Positions 27,224-36,869 are shown, numbered from the stretch's first letter. The stretch is DNA of 64,000 bases from a plasmid (GCF_056746865.1 NZ_JBWKMP010000003.1); one strand, 5' to 3'. The notes: generated from the letters alone by a model not told the origin. Program-made: numbers and translations.

Positions 27224-27562
27224 GTGACCGGACACAGCAAAATGTATGCCACGAAAAAAATTGATTTCACTTATTCTTCCGCCACAATTGAGCGGCGCTT
27301 CACCCTCATTAGAGAGTTGGAACTGTCAAAAGTCTGGTATCAAATTCTACTGGATGAAGAGTTCTCACTGATGATAATGGCTGAAAAAGAAGCAATGCCG
27401 AATGACCGGCATAAAGTCATTGCCAGCCTTGACCTGGTGACAAACAGATACTGGGAGACAGAGGAACTGCGTGAAGCGGGAGTAATTCGTGACCTGATGG
27501 AGAGTTCCGTTCCCCGCCGCTATCGTGCGGGAAACGAAATCTCCGTGATTAAAGGGGCTTAA
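27224..27562 (+). CDS. hypothetical protein (start uncertain)
   Basis: 112-aa track ORF; the true start may be the ATG at 27242. Confidence 0.35.
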   Translation: MTGHSKMYATKKIDFTYSSATIERRFTLIRELELSKVWYQILLDEEFSLMIMAEKEAMPNDRHKVIASLDLVTNRYWETEELREAGVIRDLMESSVPRRYRAGNEISVIKGA

Positions 27563-27951
27563 AGCTCACCAGCACGCTGTTTTTCAAGCGTAGATTTAAC
27601 ATTGGGCGCTTTCCCTTTAAAAGAATGGAAAGTGCCACATTTTTCTGTTTTAACCTCGCGCAGAGCTTCGCCATCGGCGTTCTGCCATTGATGAGATAAC
27701 GTCATATCACCGCGAGAAGGAACATCCAGCGAGTACAACGTGTAAGTTCCCCCCATCTCGGCATACTCCTGGAACACATAGCTCATTACGTCAGATTCAG
27801 TTTTCCGGTGCGCGTTATCGACCTTATTCCCATTCAGAAATATGGCGTTCGGATAGATTTTTATATCAAACCTACCGCACTTCACTTGTAAATTCCCGGC
27901 GTGAGCGATCAAAGGGAAAGCTGCCAATAAAGCAATAGCTAATCTTTTCAA
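27559..27951 (-). CDS. secreted protein
   Basis: N-terminal signal peptide MKRLAIALLAAFPLIAHA. Confidence 0.5.
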   Translation of the reverse strand: MKRLAIALLAAFPLIAHAGNLQVKCGRFDIKIYPNAIFLNGNKVDNAHRKTESDVMSYVFQEYAEMGGTYTLYSLDVPSRGDMTLSHQWQNADGEALREVKTEKCGTFHSFKGKAPNVKSTLEKQRAGEL

Positions 27952-27971
27952 TTCTGCCTCCGCTGCGTAAC

Positions 27972-28592
27972 TTATTGCCCGTATTGTTTACACCATTGCT
28001 CTGCCATTTGTGGGGCTAAAGGCCCAGCCACTGCGCTGTATTCTGCTGTTTTGCTTTGCACGCATGAGGCAGATGGTTTTTTATTGCGCTGTTCCTTGAG
28101 TTGTTTTTCATAGGCAACGATGGCATCGAAACCAGCTACATCTTCCTCCCTCATGAACCCTTTCTTGATCAGAAACTGCTGACCTTCCGGCACCAATGCT
28201 AGAGCATACAACGGCTGCAACAGCTCCCCCAATCCTTCCCGGCTATAAACTTGAAACTGCATCCAGCTTTTACTTAACGCTGTCATAGTGTCTTTGGTGG
28301 AATAGCCAGCCTTGCGTATAGCCTTGTCTAATCGATCTGCTGAATACGCAAACAAACAGAAATCGCCCTTTCCTGTAAACCCCGGTTCAACCGGTTGCAA
28401 CGTGATATTTTCTTTTTCGCAAAAGTCTATAAATTCATCAGGTCTATCGGTTTTATAGTCCCGCAATACCTTCAGTCCAGCCTCATACTTTGCAGGTAAC
28501 GCGCCTGCATAGGCAGCATTAAGAGAAACTCCCCCCAATATAACCGCGAGCACTGCTCCCAAAACCCTTAACTTCACAAAACCATCCTTCAT
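27972..28592 (-). CDS. secreted protein
   Basis: Start at the internal ATG; signal peptide MKDGFVKLRVLGAVLAVILGGVSLNAAYA. Confidence 0.5.
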   Translation of the reverse strand: MKDGFVKLRVLGAVLAVILGGVSLNAAYAGALPAKYEAGLKVLRDYKTDRPDEFIDFCEKENITLQPVEPGFTGKGDFCLFAYSADRLDKAIRKAGYSTKDTMTALSKSWMQFQVYSREGLGELLQPLYALALVPEGQQFLIKKGFMREEDVAGFDAIVAYEKQLKEQRNKKPSASCVQSKTAEYSAVAGPLAPQMAEQWCKQYGQ

Positions 28593-28802
28593 GTAAACAA
28601 ACTGAAGTTTTATGTTACAAAAGCAAACATCTACGCCAAAATGACTTAGGCCAAATTCAGCGCGAATAAAAAAATCAAAAAAATTGTTGACACTATTCTG
28701 GAAATCACAATCTGGACAAAATCCATTGCGCAAACGGCTCCCGTTGAAGGTTCTTTTGACGACTAACTTTCAGCCGATGCGCGGTAGGGAGTCATAACGC
28801 CA

Positions 28803-28832
28803 AAGCAGGCCGCCATGTGCGGCCTTTTTTTG
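28803..28832 (+). terminator. intrinsic terminator with no upstream plus-strand ORF
   Basis: AGGCCGC-catgt-GCGGCCT followed by TTTTTTTGTG. Confidence 0.5.
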
Positions 28833-28857
28833 TGCCTGCTATCGTGGAGTAAAAGCC

Positions 28858-29511
28858 ATGCAAAAGATCGCAATATTCAGTCTTTCTACTAACAAGCCGC
28901 TGATGGCTACGGCAGTCCTGAAAGACGGCGCGCTTGTAATTGACAAAGTAAAGCCGCTCCCTGCATCTGCTATTGAACAAAAACGAAAAATTCCACCAGC
29001 AATTGCCGAGCTGCGTAAAAGTGAATTTAAGGTGCTGGTTGACGAAATCACGCCAACCATTTCAGCCGGTACAGGTGCCAGCCAGGTAACATTAAAAACA
29101 CGGCACGCCGACGGCAGAGCAGCGATCATTGTCGGCATGGAGAGATACCGGGAGCTGAAACTACAAAGGCTGCTATCCCTGCCTGACAAGAACAAAGGGG
29201 CATTTGAGATCCCCGACTCTATCGTCGATACCGAATACAACGGCAACGGTGAAGAGGTTTATCGAGTTAACTGGCAAGATATCCGACCAGAGCACATCCT
29301 GATGATTCTGTGCTGCTATGCAACGGTATACCACAATGTTGCCAGCGCGGATTACCTGAAACAAATGACAGGAGCGGTAGAGAAAGAAAACAAAGCAGGG
29401 ATAATGGCCTCGTTCCTGTCCATTATCAGCGATCAAAAAGCTAAAGCAGGAAATACCCAACCAAAATCGCTGGCCGGGCAAGTAATTGATGAAGATACGG
29501 TGATACTTTAA
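28858..29511 (+). CDS. hypothetical protein
   Basis: 217 aa; ATG with upstream GGAG. Confidence 0.5.
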   Translation: MQKIAIFSLSTNKPLMATAVLKDGALVIDKVKPLPASAIEQKRKIPPAIAELRKSEFKVLVDEITPTISAGTGASQVTLKTRHADGRAAIIVGMERYRELKLQRLLSLPDKNKGAFEIPDSIVDTEYNGNGEEVYRVNWQDIRPEHILMILCCYATVYHNVASADYLKQMTGAVEKENKAGIMASFLSIISDQKAKAGNTQPKSLAGQVIDEDTVIL

Positions 29512-29842
29512 TCAACTCAGTAGCTTTGTTAACTCCCTTAATACCAGGTAGAAGAGTAACAAAAATACTAACGCCAGTATTTGCGTGGTCAACGAGGCGT
29601 TCATAAACAGAACAATTAGCTTTAACAATTCGAGAATAACGTCCATGTCATTCACACTATTTAATTTTTAATCTACAGCCAGCAAACAATGAAGCTGGCC
29701 CCCGCATAAAGATTAATGAAAGTCACTTGTCACCAGTGAGGGGATTTATGAACCACATCCCCCTGAACTGGTGGACTGTCTGTTTCTCGCATTTCACACC
29801 CTGCATACAGTTCCCCCCAGGTTATGACTGTGAGGAACTGTT

Positions 29843-30172
29843 ATGAGTTACAGCAGGCTCGACGATCGATGCATTGAAGACGATGTGCTGCGCGCACTAT
29901 TCCATCAGGAGATGATCAAGCGGGTATCGGAGTACCACTCCGATAATTTCCAGTACACGATAAAAATTGATGAGGTTTATCGCTCAGACCTGGCGGCCTA
30001 TCGCGCCTATGGCAACGCTGATTTGCGCTGGGTATTTCGCGTGCTGGTGGGCCATGAGTCAGAAATGGAAGAAATGCCGGTCGGGACAACGTTAACTCTT
30101 CCTGACGCAGCATGGCTAAGAAACAAGATTCGCGATTACGCTGGCTCGGCACCGGAGATAGAAAATGCCTGA
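29843..30172 (+). CDS. hypothetical protein
   Basis: 109 aa; stop overlaps the next ATG. Confidence 0.45.
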   Translation: MSYSRLDDRCIEDDVLRALFHQEMIKRVSEYHSDNFQYTIKIDEVYRSDLAAYRAYGNADLRWVFRVLVGHESEMEEMPVGTTLTLPDAAWLRNKIRDYAGSAPEIENA

Positions 30173-31361
30173 CTTCCTGAAAAATCAGGACGGGCGATAT
30201 ATCACTGACGGCCTGTCCTCTAAGGATTTCACACGCGTATTTGAACTCATCAGGAAAGAGCAAAACCGCAAACGCCGCCAGGCGAACAGGACACTCACGC
30301 CGGGCAGGCTTAGGAATAAATCAGCCGAAGACATTCTTAAGCTGGGGAAAAAGAAAGGCGGCACGTTCTTTACGCGTGACGATCTGAAAGGCTTCGAAAA
30401 GCTGCGAAGCAAAGCACGCGAAAAATATGACAGCAAGACGGCTGGCATTACATACGCACAACTGGTAGCGTCCAGCCAGGCTATCGATATTAAGCGAGCA
30501 AATAACGCCGTAGACGACGGTTCTGGTATCAAAAGAGCTACGCCCGTATCTCTTCGTCACAATGTGATTAATATCCGCGTGGAAGCGTCCGATATATCCG
30601 TTCACCAGCACCACATTGTCCGGGTACGTTTTGAAGAATGGGATCAGATGGTCGATGACATCGCAGAAGACGATAAATCAGCCCTGAAAGTCACAAAATC
30701 ACTGTGTGCCGGGCGAGTGTCTTTCGACTGTGACTGCGGTCGCCATCAATACTGGTATCGCTACATCGCCACTGCGGGTAACTTTGCCCTGGCCCCGCCA
30801 AAAGAATACGCCTATCCAAAAGTTCGCAACCCTAAGCTGCAAGGCGTCGCCTGTAAACATGTGATCCACTCAATGACACGACTACAGTCTGCCAGTTGGC
30901 AGATGAGTATTGCTCGTGCGCTACAAAAGGCTGCAACGCAAATTGCATTTGGTGACGATCGCCGCCGTACAACCAAACACTTCTCAAAAGAAGACGAGAA
31001 GGAGTTTAATCGCAATCGTAGCAGTAAAACGAACGTTGAAGCCGCCAAACGCGAATGGAGGCTCTATCAGAAGCGCCAGGCAGCTTTAAGTACAAAACTG
31101 GCGAAGGACAACGGCAAGATCGACAAGCTACGTGACCAACTGACCAGGGCCAGAAAGTTGTCAGACGCACAGAAAAAACGAGCGGCAGCAAAAGAAGCGG
31201 CCTTGCAACGTGAGAAACAGAAAAACAAGGAGCTTCAGCAACGCCTTGCCGATCAGTTCGCACTGAAGAAGCAGGCGTTCATTGATGCGCTGGTCATGGC
31301 AGGAACGTCACCTGGGCAAGCTGAAAAAATGTTTATGGAGTACGTGAAGAAAGGTTCTTGA
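30165..31361 (+). CDS. SWIM-zinc-finger-like protein with basic coiled-coil C-terminus
   Basis: CDCGRHQYW...CKHVIH fits the CxCx(n)CxH pattern; C-terminal ~120 aa Lys/Arg/Gln-rich. Confidence 0.45.
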   Translation: MPDFLKNQDGRYITDGLSSKDFTRVFELIRKEQNRKRRQANRTLTPGRLRNKSAEDILKLGKKKGGTFFTRDDLKGFEKLRSKAREKYDSKTAGITYAQLVASSQAIDIKRANNAVDDGSGIKRATPVSLRHNVINIRVEASDISVHQHHIVRVRFEEWDQMVDDIAEDDKSALKVTKSLCAGRVSFDCDCGRHQYWYRYIATAGNFALAPPKEYAYPKVRNPKLQGVACKHVIHSMTRLQSASWQMSIARALQKAATQIAFGDDRRRTTKHFSKEDEKEFNRNRSSKTNVEAAKREWRLYQKRQAALSTKLAKDNGKIDKLRDQLTRARKLSDAQKKRAAAKEAALQREKQKNKELQQRLADQFALKKQAFIDALVMAGTSPGQAEKMFMEYVKKGS

Positions 31362-31395
31362 TTGACAACAAAGGCGGTCATACAGACCGCCGAAC

Positions 31396-31776
31396 TCATA
31401 CACCAACCAGGCTTTCAAGAGGAATGCCAAACTGGGAATGTAAACGACGAATCATAGGTAACGTTAAATTTCGTGTTCCATTTAGCACTTCGTAAACACG
31501 ATTTGACTTACCAATCGCCGGTTCCAGATCCTTCACGGTCAGCCCTTGCTGTTCCATACGGAATTTAATGGCCTCAATAGGTGATGGTGGCTCAATTGGG
31601 TAATGTTTTTTCTCGTACTCCTCAATGAGAAGACACATGACCTCAAAGAAATCACCTTCCGGGGTGTTCATTTCCGGTTCGTTATCGAACATCGGTTCGA
31701 CCGCACGCAGTGCGGCCTCATAATCTTGTTCTGTACGGATAGGTTTAATGTTCATTAATTCCAAAGGAAAGCCCAC
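31396..31776 (-). CDS. HigA/YgjM-like HTH protein (extra antitoxin-like regulator)
   Basis: MNIKPIRTEQDYEAALRAVE.. N-domain plus C-terminal HTH (GKSNRVYEVLNGTRNLTL). Confidence 0.5.
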   Translation of the reverse strand: MGFPLELMNIKPIRTEQDYEAALRAVEPMFDNEPEMNTPEGDFFEVMCLLIEEYEKKHYPIEPPSPIEAIKFRMEQQGLTVKDLEPAIGKSNRVYEVLNGTRNLTLPMIRRLHSQFGIPLESLVGV

Positions 31777-31805
31777 TTGTTAAGTGGGCTTTTTGTATGT
31801 GTTTA
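31777..31805. terminator. bidirectional-looking hairpin
   Basis: AAAGCCCACTT-gtta-AAGTGGGCTTTTT. Confidence 0.35.
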
Positions 31806-31811
31806 ACTATA

Positions 31812-32150
31812 TCAGGCTGCTTTTTTATTCAGGTTCCGCTGAGAAATAAATTTTTCAGCAGTATTGATACGACTTAACTCTTCCTGAACGCGCATATCAT
31901 TTTCGACTTCCCACAGGTCTACTGCGGTCTGAAGATTAATCCAAAAATCTACAGAAGTATCGAATGCTTTTGCCAGGCGATATGCCATATCCATCGTTAG
32001 CTTACGATTGTTATTAACAAGAGCACTTACGGTGTTACGATGAACATGAAGTATTTCTGCTAACTCGTTGATCTTAAGCTCTAACGGCTCCAGGTATTCG
32101 TACAGCAGGATATCACCTACAGTCGTCGGTTTTCTGGTTGCCTGTTTCAT
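31812..32150 (-). CDS. higA: HigA antitoxin (HTH_XRE)
   Basis: TVGDILLYEYLEPLELKINELA...DFWINLQTAVDLWEVEN follows the HigA pattern; immediately downstream of higB. Confidence 0.7.
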   Translation of the reverse strand: MKQATRKPTTVGDILLYEYLEPLELKINELAEILHVHRNTVSALVNNNRKLTMDMAYRLAKAFDTSVDFWINLQTAVDLWEVENDMRVQEELSRINTAEKFISQRNLNKKAA

Positions 32151-32221
32151 TTTTTGCCCTTACTAGCGTGCGTATTAAGTGGACTCTGGTCAGTACCTGG
32201 CCCATCCGCCGGGTATTTGTT

Positions 32222-32524
32222 TTAGTATTTGTGAGGGTCGAGATACAAGTCCTCGGCCTTTCCGTTAACCCACTTAAAAATTAACCTGTATTGCTTATTC
32301 ACCCTTATTGATGAATAGCCGTTTAGCTTCCCTGACAATTCCTCATACCGATTACCTGGTGGTGATCTCAAGTCCTTCCAAGTAGTTGCAGCATTGATAA
32401 TATCCAGCTTCCGCAACAATGTAATCTGAATATCAGAAGGTATCTTTTTGTGTGGTATTGAAAATTCAAAAAAATCATCAAGCCACTCATCCCTGAAATT
32501 CTTTATGTTAATCTTTTTGCTCAT
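32222..32524 (-). CDS. higB: HigB toxin (RelE/ParE superfamily)
   Basis: 100 aa; C-terminal RVNKQYRLIFKWVNGKAEDLYLDPHKY matches the HigB pattern. Confidence 0.7.
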   Translation of the reverse strand: MSKKINIKNFRDEWLDDFFEFSIPHKKIPSDIQITLLRKLDIINAATTWKDLRSPPGNRYEELSGKLNGYSSIRVNKQYRLIFKWVNGKAEDLYLDPHKY

Positions 32525-32687
32525 CGATCATTTTATCCTCCATGATTATTAATGAATGTCATAATGATAGCGCACTGTTGCACCGTGCGCAAGTGCATAT
32601 TGTAACAATTCCCCTCCTCCATCCAAAATCACAATCTCCCGAAAATCTTCCTTTCGATACCTGATAAATCGACCTTTGAGGACGCTT

Positions 32688-33482
32688 ATGGGCCGTTTTG
32701 ATGAATGGCTTGCTGATGATGCAAGCCTGATGAGAAAGGGAACAGAACATGACAGCACGCAGAGAGAAGAGACAACGACGGTTGAAGCGAATGAAGGAAG
32801 CACAACGGAAAATGGGAAGGTCAGTACAGGGCCATTCAGTATTCTGGAAGAACACGCTGCCACCGAAGCAGATAGCCGCCATGATAATTGGCCTGATAAT
32901 GCTGGTGACTCTGTTACGGAAGTGATTGAACCTGACATCGCCCCCCTACCGGCATCGCTCGCTAACAGAGAACCAAACCAGCAGCTTAAAACCCGATATA
33001 ACGGACACAAAGCGTTCAACGACCAGATCCGCGCCGATTGGATGCTCATTATTGAATCAAGCCCTGACGCATTCGAGGCGCTTTTATATCGCCCGGCTGA
33101 TGGCACCTATGGCGTCGTAAACGATGAAACAGGTGAAGAGTCATTCACGCAACTGGACAACAACCAGCGTGAGCTTACCTATCTGGAACCGGAAATCGTA
33201 TACGTCCTGGACAACCCGGACGGAAGGGATTCGTTTCATGCCATTGATGCCGATGGAGAACAGGATGGTCTTGCTGATGAAGTGCTAATCCTGCGTATTG
33301 CTGCAAACAACGTACCTGTTGGTTCAATCCTGGAATGGAACGAAGAAATGGCGAATGGCCTCGCCCGCCGCTGGTGGTACGTGCACCGAATCTTCAGCTA
33401 CGGAACACAACACGTCGGCTCCCTTTATTACTGCATCCCGGCCAGGAACTTTGATACCACTCAAAACGGAGTGATCGAATGA
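32688..33482 (+). CDS. hypothetical protein (virion module)
   Basis: Start at ATG 32688 rather than the track's alternative start; first gene of a four-gene overlapping chain. Confidence 0.4.
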   Translation: MGRFDEWLADDASLMRKGTEHDSTQREETTTVEANEGSTTENGKVSTGPFSILEEHAATEADSRHDNWPDNAGDSVTEVIEPDIAPLPASLANREPNQQLKTRYNGHKAFNDQIRADWMLIIESSPDAFEALLYRPADGTYGVVNDETGEESFTQLDNNQRELTYLEPEIVYVLDNPDGRDSFHAIDADGEQDGLADEVLILRIAANNVPVGSILEWNEEMANGLARRWWYVHRIFSYGTQHVGSLYYCIPARNFDTTQNGVIE

Positions 33483-34246
33483 CATCCAACAAAACTCTCC
33501 TGTCCCGCATTGGCGAGTGGCAGACAACGCGTACTGGAAAATTCCAGACAACTGGTCTGGAAAGAGTGGATAACGCTTTTGCTACGCTAATCAGTGACAT
33601 TTTTTCTGACGTAACGCTGGTGGAACCAGCAAAAGAAGAAAGGCGCTTTGCATCATTCCTGAGTCGCCCACCAGCGGAGCGTGTTTATGTTGCCCGTTTT
33701 GATAACGCGGTCGAGTTCCTTAAAGCGGTTCGCCGTGCTAATGCCGGGCAAGGGAGAAAGCCAGAGAATCCGAACATTAATCGCGATGCGCTCCCTCTGA
33801 TTAATATCTCGCGCTCAATGGATATCAGCTATATCAACAATGACCAGCAGATAGACCGCAAAAGCTGTGATCACTTCTGCGAACCTGGCAGCGGTATGCC
33901 TTTAGTAGCCCTGGAATACACCCAGGCAAATCTGACGTATGACGTTACATTAATGGCGACGGATAAGGCGACCATGAGTCTGATGTGTAATTCGCTAGGA
34001 GCACGTCTTCGCTTGATGGCAGGAACGCAGTTTGAAGCAACAACCCCGCTGGTACGAGTACCCGTCCCGCTAATTTGCGCGATTCAGGATGCTAAAGACA
34101 TCAGTTTTACTGATGTTTCAGCCCCAATTGGGGAAGAGCGTATTTATGCTGCACAAACGGCAATTAGTGTTATAGCAGACGTGATCACCGCCTGGGAGCT
34201 GGACGCGAAACGAATTATTACTGAAACCTCTCTGAGAATGGGGTAA
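33479..34246 (+). CDS. hypothetical protein (virion module)
   Basis: ATGA overlap with the upstream stop; 255 aa. Confidence 0.45.
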   Translation: MTSNKTLLSRIGEWQTTRTGKFQTTGLERVDNAFATLISDIFSDVTLVEPAKEERRFASFLSRPPAERVYVARFDNAVEFLKAVRRANAGQGRKPENPNINRDALPLINISRSMDISYINNDQQIDRKSCDHFCEPGSGMPLVALEYTQANLTYDVTLMATDKATMSLMCNSLGARLRLMAGTQFEATTPLVRVPVPLICAIQDAKDISFTDVSAPIGEERIYAAQTAISVIADVITAWELDAKRIITETSLRMG

Positions 34247-34249
34247 GCC

Positions 34250-35230
34250 ATGTCCCAGGAGCTACAGCAATACTTTCTACAGTCCGTTACCATCAACGGA
34301 AACAAAGTACCCAGGGAGTGGATATTCACTGCCGTATATGTGGAAAAGGCAAACCTGCGTGCACCATTGCTGAAACTGGAAATTCACGACATTACCGGCA
34401 CCATAATTGATGACTGGAAAACAAAATACGGCGCAGCACTGGTTGCAGAGATGGGAGATCCACAAGGCAATTCAGGCACGTTTAAAACAACTTTTTTCGT
34501 AACATCTGCGGTGCTGGCTGGTGATGTCATCACGGTCATTGCAGTCAGTGAAGACGTTCGGATATTTAAGATCCCCGCCATACGGGCTAACCTGCATACA
34601 AATAAAACGCCTGATACCATTTTCAAGACGTATACCGGTACACTGAAAATCGCCTCCAGCGCATTGAAACGAAGCTGTACGTACCATCTTTCCGCCGGGG
34701 AAAAACCCTCCAAAATGCTATCTGAAATGGCCCGCGATAAAGGCGCTTTATGCTGGGCCTGCCGTGGTCAGTTTAACTTTTATACATTAGCTGACCTTAT
34801 GAAAGCCAAACCATCATTCACCTATGAAGGGAACAACCCCAGGGCGGAATACACGATTTCAAAAATGAGGCTTATACAGCAAGAGTATGCCGTTACGGCA
34901 AATACTCAGTATCGATTTACCGGCTATTCAATGACTGAAGGCTATGTCGAATATGGCGATAGCTCACTTCCAATACGCTATATATCCGATCCGGATATGG
35001 AAACTCTGCGCAATATGCAATTGTCGCTCGTACCCAAAATGGATATTGAGGTCGCGGGTAATCCCGACATCACGCCGGGAATGGTTATTGAGATCCTCGT
35101 GTATCGTTACGACCAGGAAAATAAGCTGGACGAATCGTTGCCTCGTAAGCTGTTGGTGAAAAACGTAGCCCATTTTGAGGACCGGATCGGCTATACAACA
35201 CGAATGATATTAGGAGTACCCAACCAGTGA
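34250..35230 (+). CDS. hypothetical protein (virion module)
   Basis: 326 aa; tightly packed with its neighbours. Confidence 0.45.
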   Translation: MSQELQQYFLQSVTINGNKVPREWIFTAVYVEKANLRAPLLKLEIHDITGTIIDDWKTKYGAALVAEMGDPQGNSGTFKTTFFVTSAVLAGDVITVIAVSEDVRIFKIPAIRANLHTNKTPDTIFKTYTGTLKIASSALKRSCTYHLSAGEKPSKMLSEMARDKGALCWACRGQFNFYTLADLMKAKPSFTYEGNNPRAEYTISKMRLIQQEYAVTANTQYRFTGYSMTEGYVEYGDSSLPIRYISDPDMETLRNMQLSLVPKMDIEVAGNPDITPGMVIEILVYRYDQENKLDESLPRKLLVKNVAHFEDRIGYTTRMILGVPNQ

Positions 35231-35904
35231 AACGCAGAGCGCAAATCGTAGGGACCAAACACCCTGCCGGACTTATGCGAGCGCAGGTCCGCATACTGCC
35301 TGACTGGAACGGTGTACCGGATGAAGACCTCCCATGGGCAGAGTATCAAATGCCTATCGGTAACGCCTTTACACCTACAGTCAGCGGCGATTTAGTCTGG
35401 GTCGAATTTCCTTATCTGGATGCTAAAGGCAGGATAGACACGCGCCGACCTTTAATCGTTGGCGCGGCGCAGGATGCCCCAGGAGGCGTACCAAATGTGC
35501 CTCCGGAAGCCTCCGGACAAGGAAACGGATGGTCGCCAGAAGAAGTTGATGGTGCTCCTGCCCGCCCCCAGTTTTCGGCGACTGAAGATTTTGTTATTCA
35601 CCGAAACAATATCCTTGAGGTCAGAACGGCTGGCGGTGGCTATGAAATAGCAAACACCGCCGCAGGATCAAGGATAGGGATGAACGAATCCGGCCAGATT
35701 TACATAATCGGCCCGGCGAATATAGTGCTTAATGCTGGAGGTGAGGTTAACGTCAAATCAAGCAGCAAAACCAATGTATCCTCAGATGGAGACGTTAATG
35801 TAAAAGGCAGCAATGTAACCGTCGCCGCTGATGGTGATATAGCCCTGAAAGCTGGTGGCGCGCTAAAAGCAACAGCGAGCAATTTCTCCTTTGTGAAGGG
35901 ATAG
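35227..35904 (+). CDS. putative baseplate spike (gpV-like)
   Basis: GTG start overlapping the upstream stop; C-terminal beta-helix-like repeats (NVKSSSKTNVSSDGDVNVKGSNVTVAADGDIALKAGGALKA). Confidence 0.35.
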   Translation: MKRRAQIVGTKHPAGLMRAQVRILPDWNGVPDEDLPWAEYQMPIGNAFTPTVSGDLVWVEFPYLDAKGRIDTRRPLIVGAAQDAPGGVPNVPPEASGQGNGWSPEEVDGAPARPQFSATEDFVIHRNNILEVRTAGGGYEIANTAAGSRIGMNESGQIYIIGPANIVLNAGGEVNVKSSSKTNVSSDGDVNVKGSNVTVAADGDIALKAGGALKATASNFSFVKG

Positions 35905-35912
35905 CAAAATGC

Positions 35913-35956
35913 AAAACTGTGTTAGATAATTGAGTTTTATTTTCTAACACAGTTTT
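35913..35956. promoter_or_regulatory. palindromic operator upstream of rdgC
   Basis: AAAACTGTGTTAGA ... TCTAACACAGTTTT: perfect 14-bp arms with GTTAGA / TCTAAC cores. Confidence 0.5.
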
Positions 35957-35963
35957 GCGAAAC

Positions 35964-36869
35964 ATGAGATTAGTCGCCTTTAAAAACATATACGTCTATC
36001 GCCTTGCCCGCGAAATTAAACTGGACTCAACCACCGTTAGTGATGCCTTAAGCCAATTCACATTCACTCCATGCGCATCACAAGAAATGGCAAAAGTCGG
36101 ATGGGTGCCGGTTCTGGCTGACAACCTGATCCATGAATACCACGGTTTTCTACTTCTCCAGCAACAGCGAGAAATTAAGCTCCTGCCCTCTCATGTCATT
36201 AAGGAGGAAGTGCAGAAAAAAGTGGAAAAGCTCGAAAATGAGCAATCTCGTAAGCTGAAGAAGTCGGAAAAAAACACCCTGAAGGATGAAGTTCTCCACT
36301 CTTTGTTGCCTCGCGCATTCACTCGCAAATCATTGTCGCGAATCCTTATTGATCGCGACAACTATCTGGTCTTCGTAGAAGCTTCCAGCGCCAGAAAAGC
36401 AGAAGAAATGCTGGCGCTCTTACGTAAATCACTTGGCAGCCTGCCAGTGATTCCATTCACGCCGATAGAACCGCTCGAAATGACTATGACCGAATGGTTC
36501 AAGTCAACATTTCCTCAAGGCTTTAAAGCAGGCGAAGAAGCCATATTGAAATCTCTGTTCGATGACGGCGGCGCAGTTCGTTGCAAGAAAGTAGACCTAC
36601 AGTCAGAGGAAATAATGACTCATATTGAAGCCGGAAAAGTTGCAACAACAGTTGCAATCAACTGGCAGGACCGCGCGACCTTCAGGTTAAACGATGACAT
36701 GAGCATCAAAGCACTGACGTTTTGCGATGATCTCTATGACCAGAACGATGACATCGACCGTGAAGATGTTGCCCAGCGATTTGATGCTGACTTCATTCTG
36801 TTCACAAGCGAATTATCCGCGATGTTTAGCTCGCTGGTGGAGGCCATTGGCGGTGAAGCAGAGCATTAA
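35964..36869 (+). CDS. rdgC: recombination-associated protein RdgC
   Basis: Colinear with E. coli RdgC throughout (KEEVQKKVEKLENEQSRKLKKSEKNTLKDEVLHSLLPRAF...); ATG at 35964. Confidence 0.85.
   Translation: MRLVAFKNIYVYRLAREIKLDSTTVSDALSQFTFTPCASQEMAKVGWVPVLADNLIHEYHGFLLLQQQREIKLLPSHVIKEEVQKKVEKLENEQSRKLKKSEKNTLKDEVLHSLLPRAFTRKSLSRILIDRDNYLVFVEASSARKAEEMLALLRKSLGSLPVIPFTPIEPLEMTMTEWFKSTFPQGFKAGEEAILKSLFDDGGAVRCKKVDLQSEEIMTHIEAGKVATTVAINWQDRATFRLNDDMSIKALTFCDDLYDQNDDIDREDVAQRFDADFILFTSELSAMFSSLVEAIGGEAEH

Noticed and set aside
32549-33106. 185-aa Ser-rich minus-strand ORF
   Set aside because: Antisense to 32688-33482; low-complexity composition.
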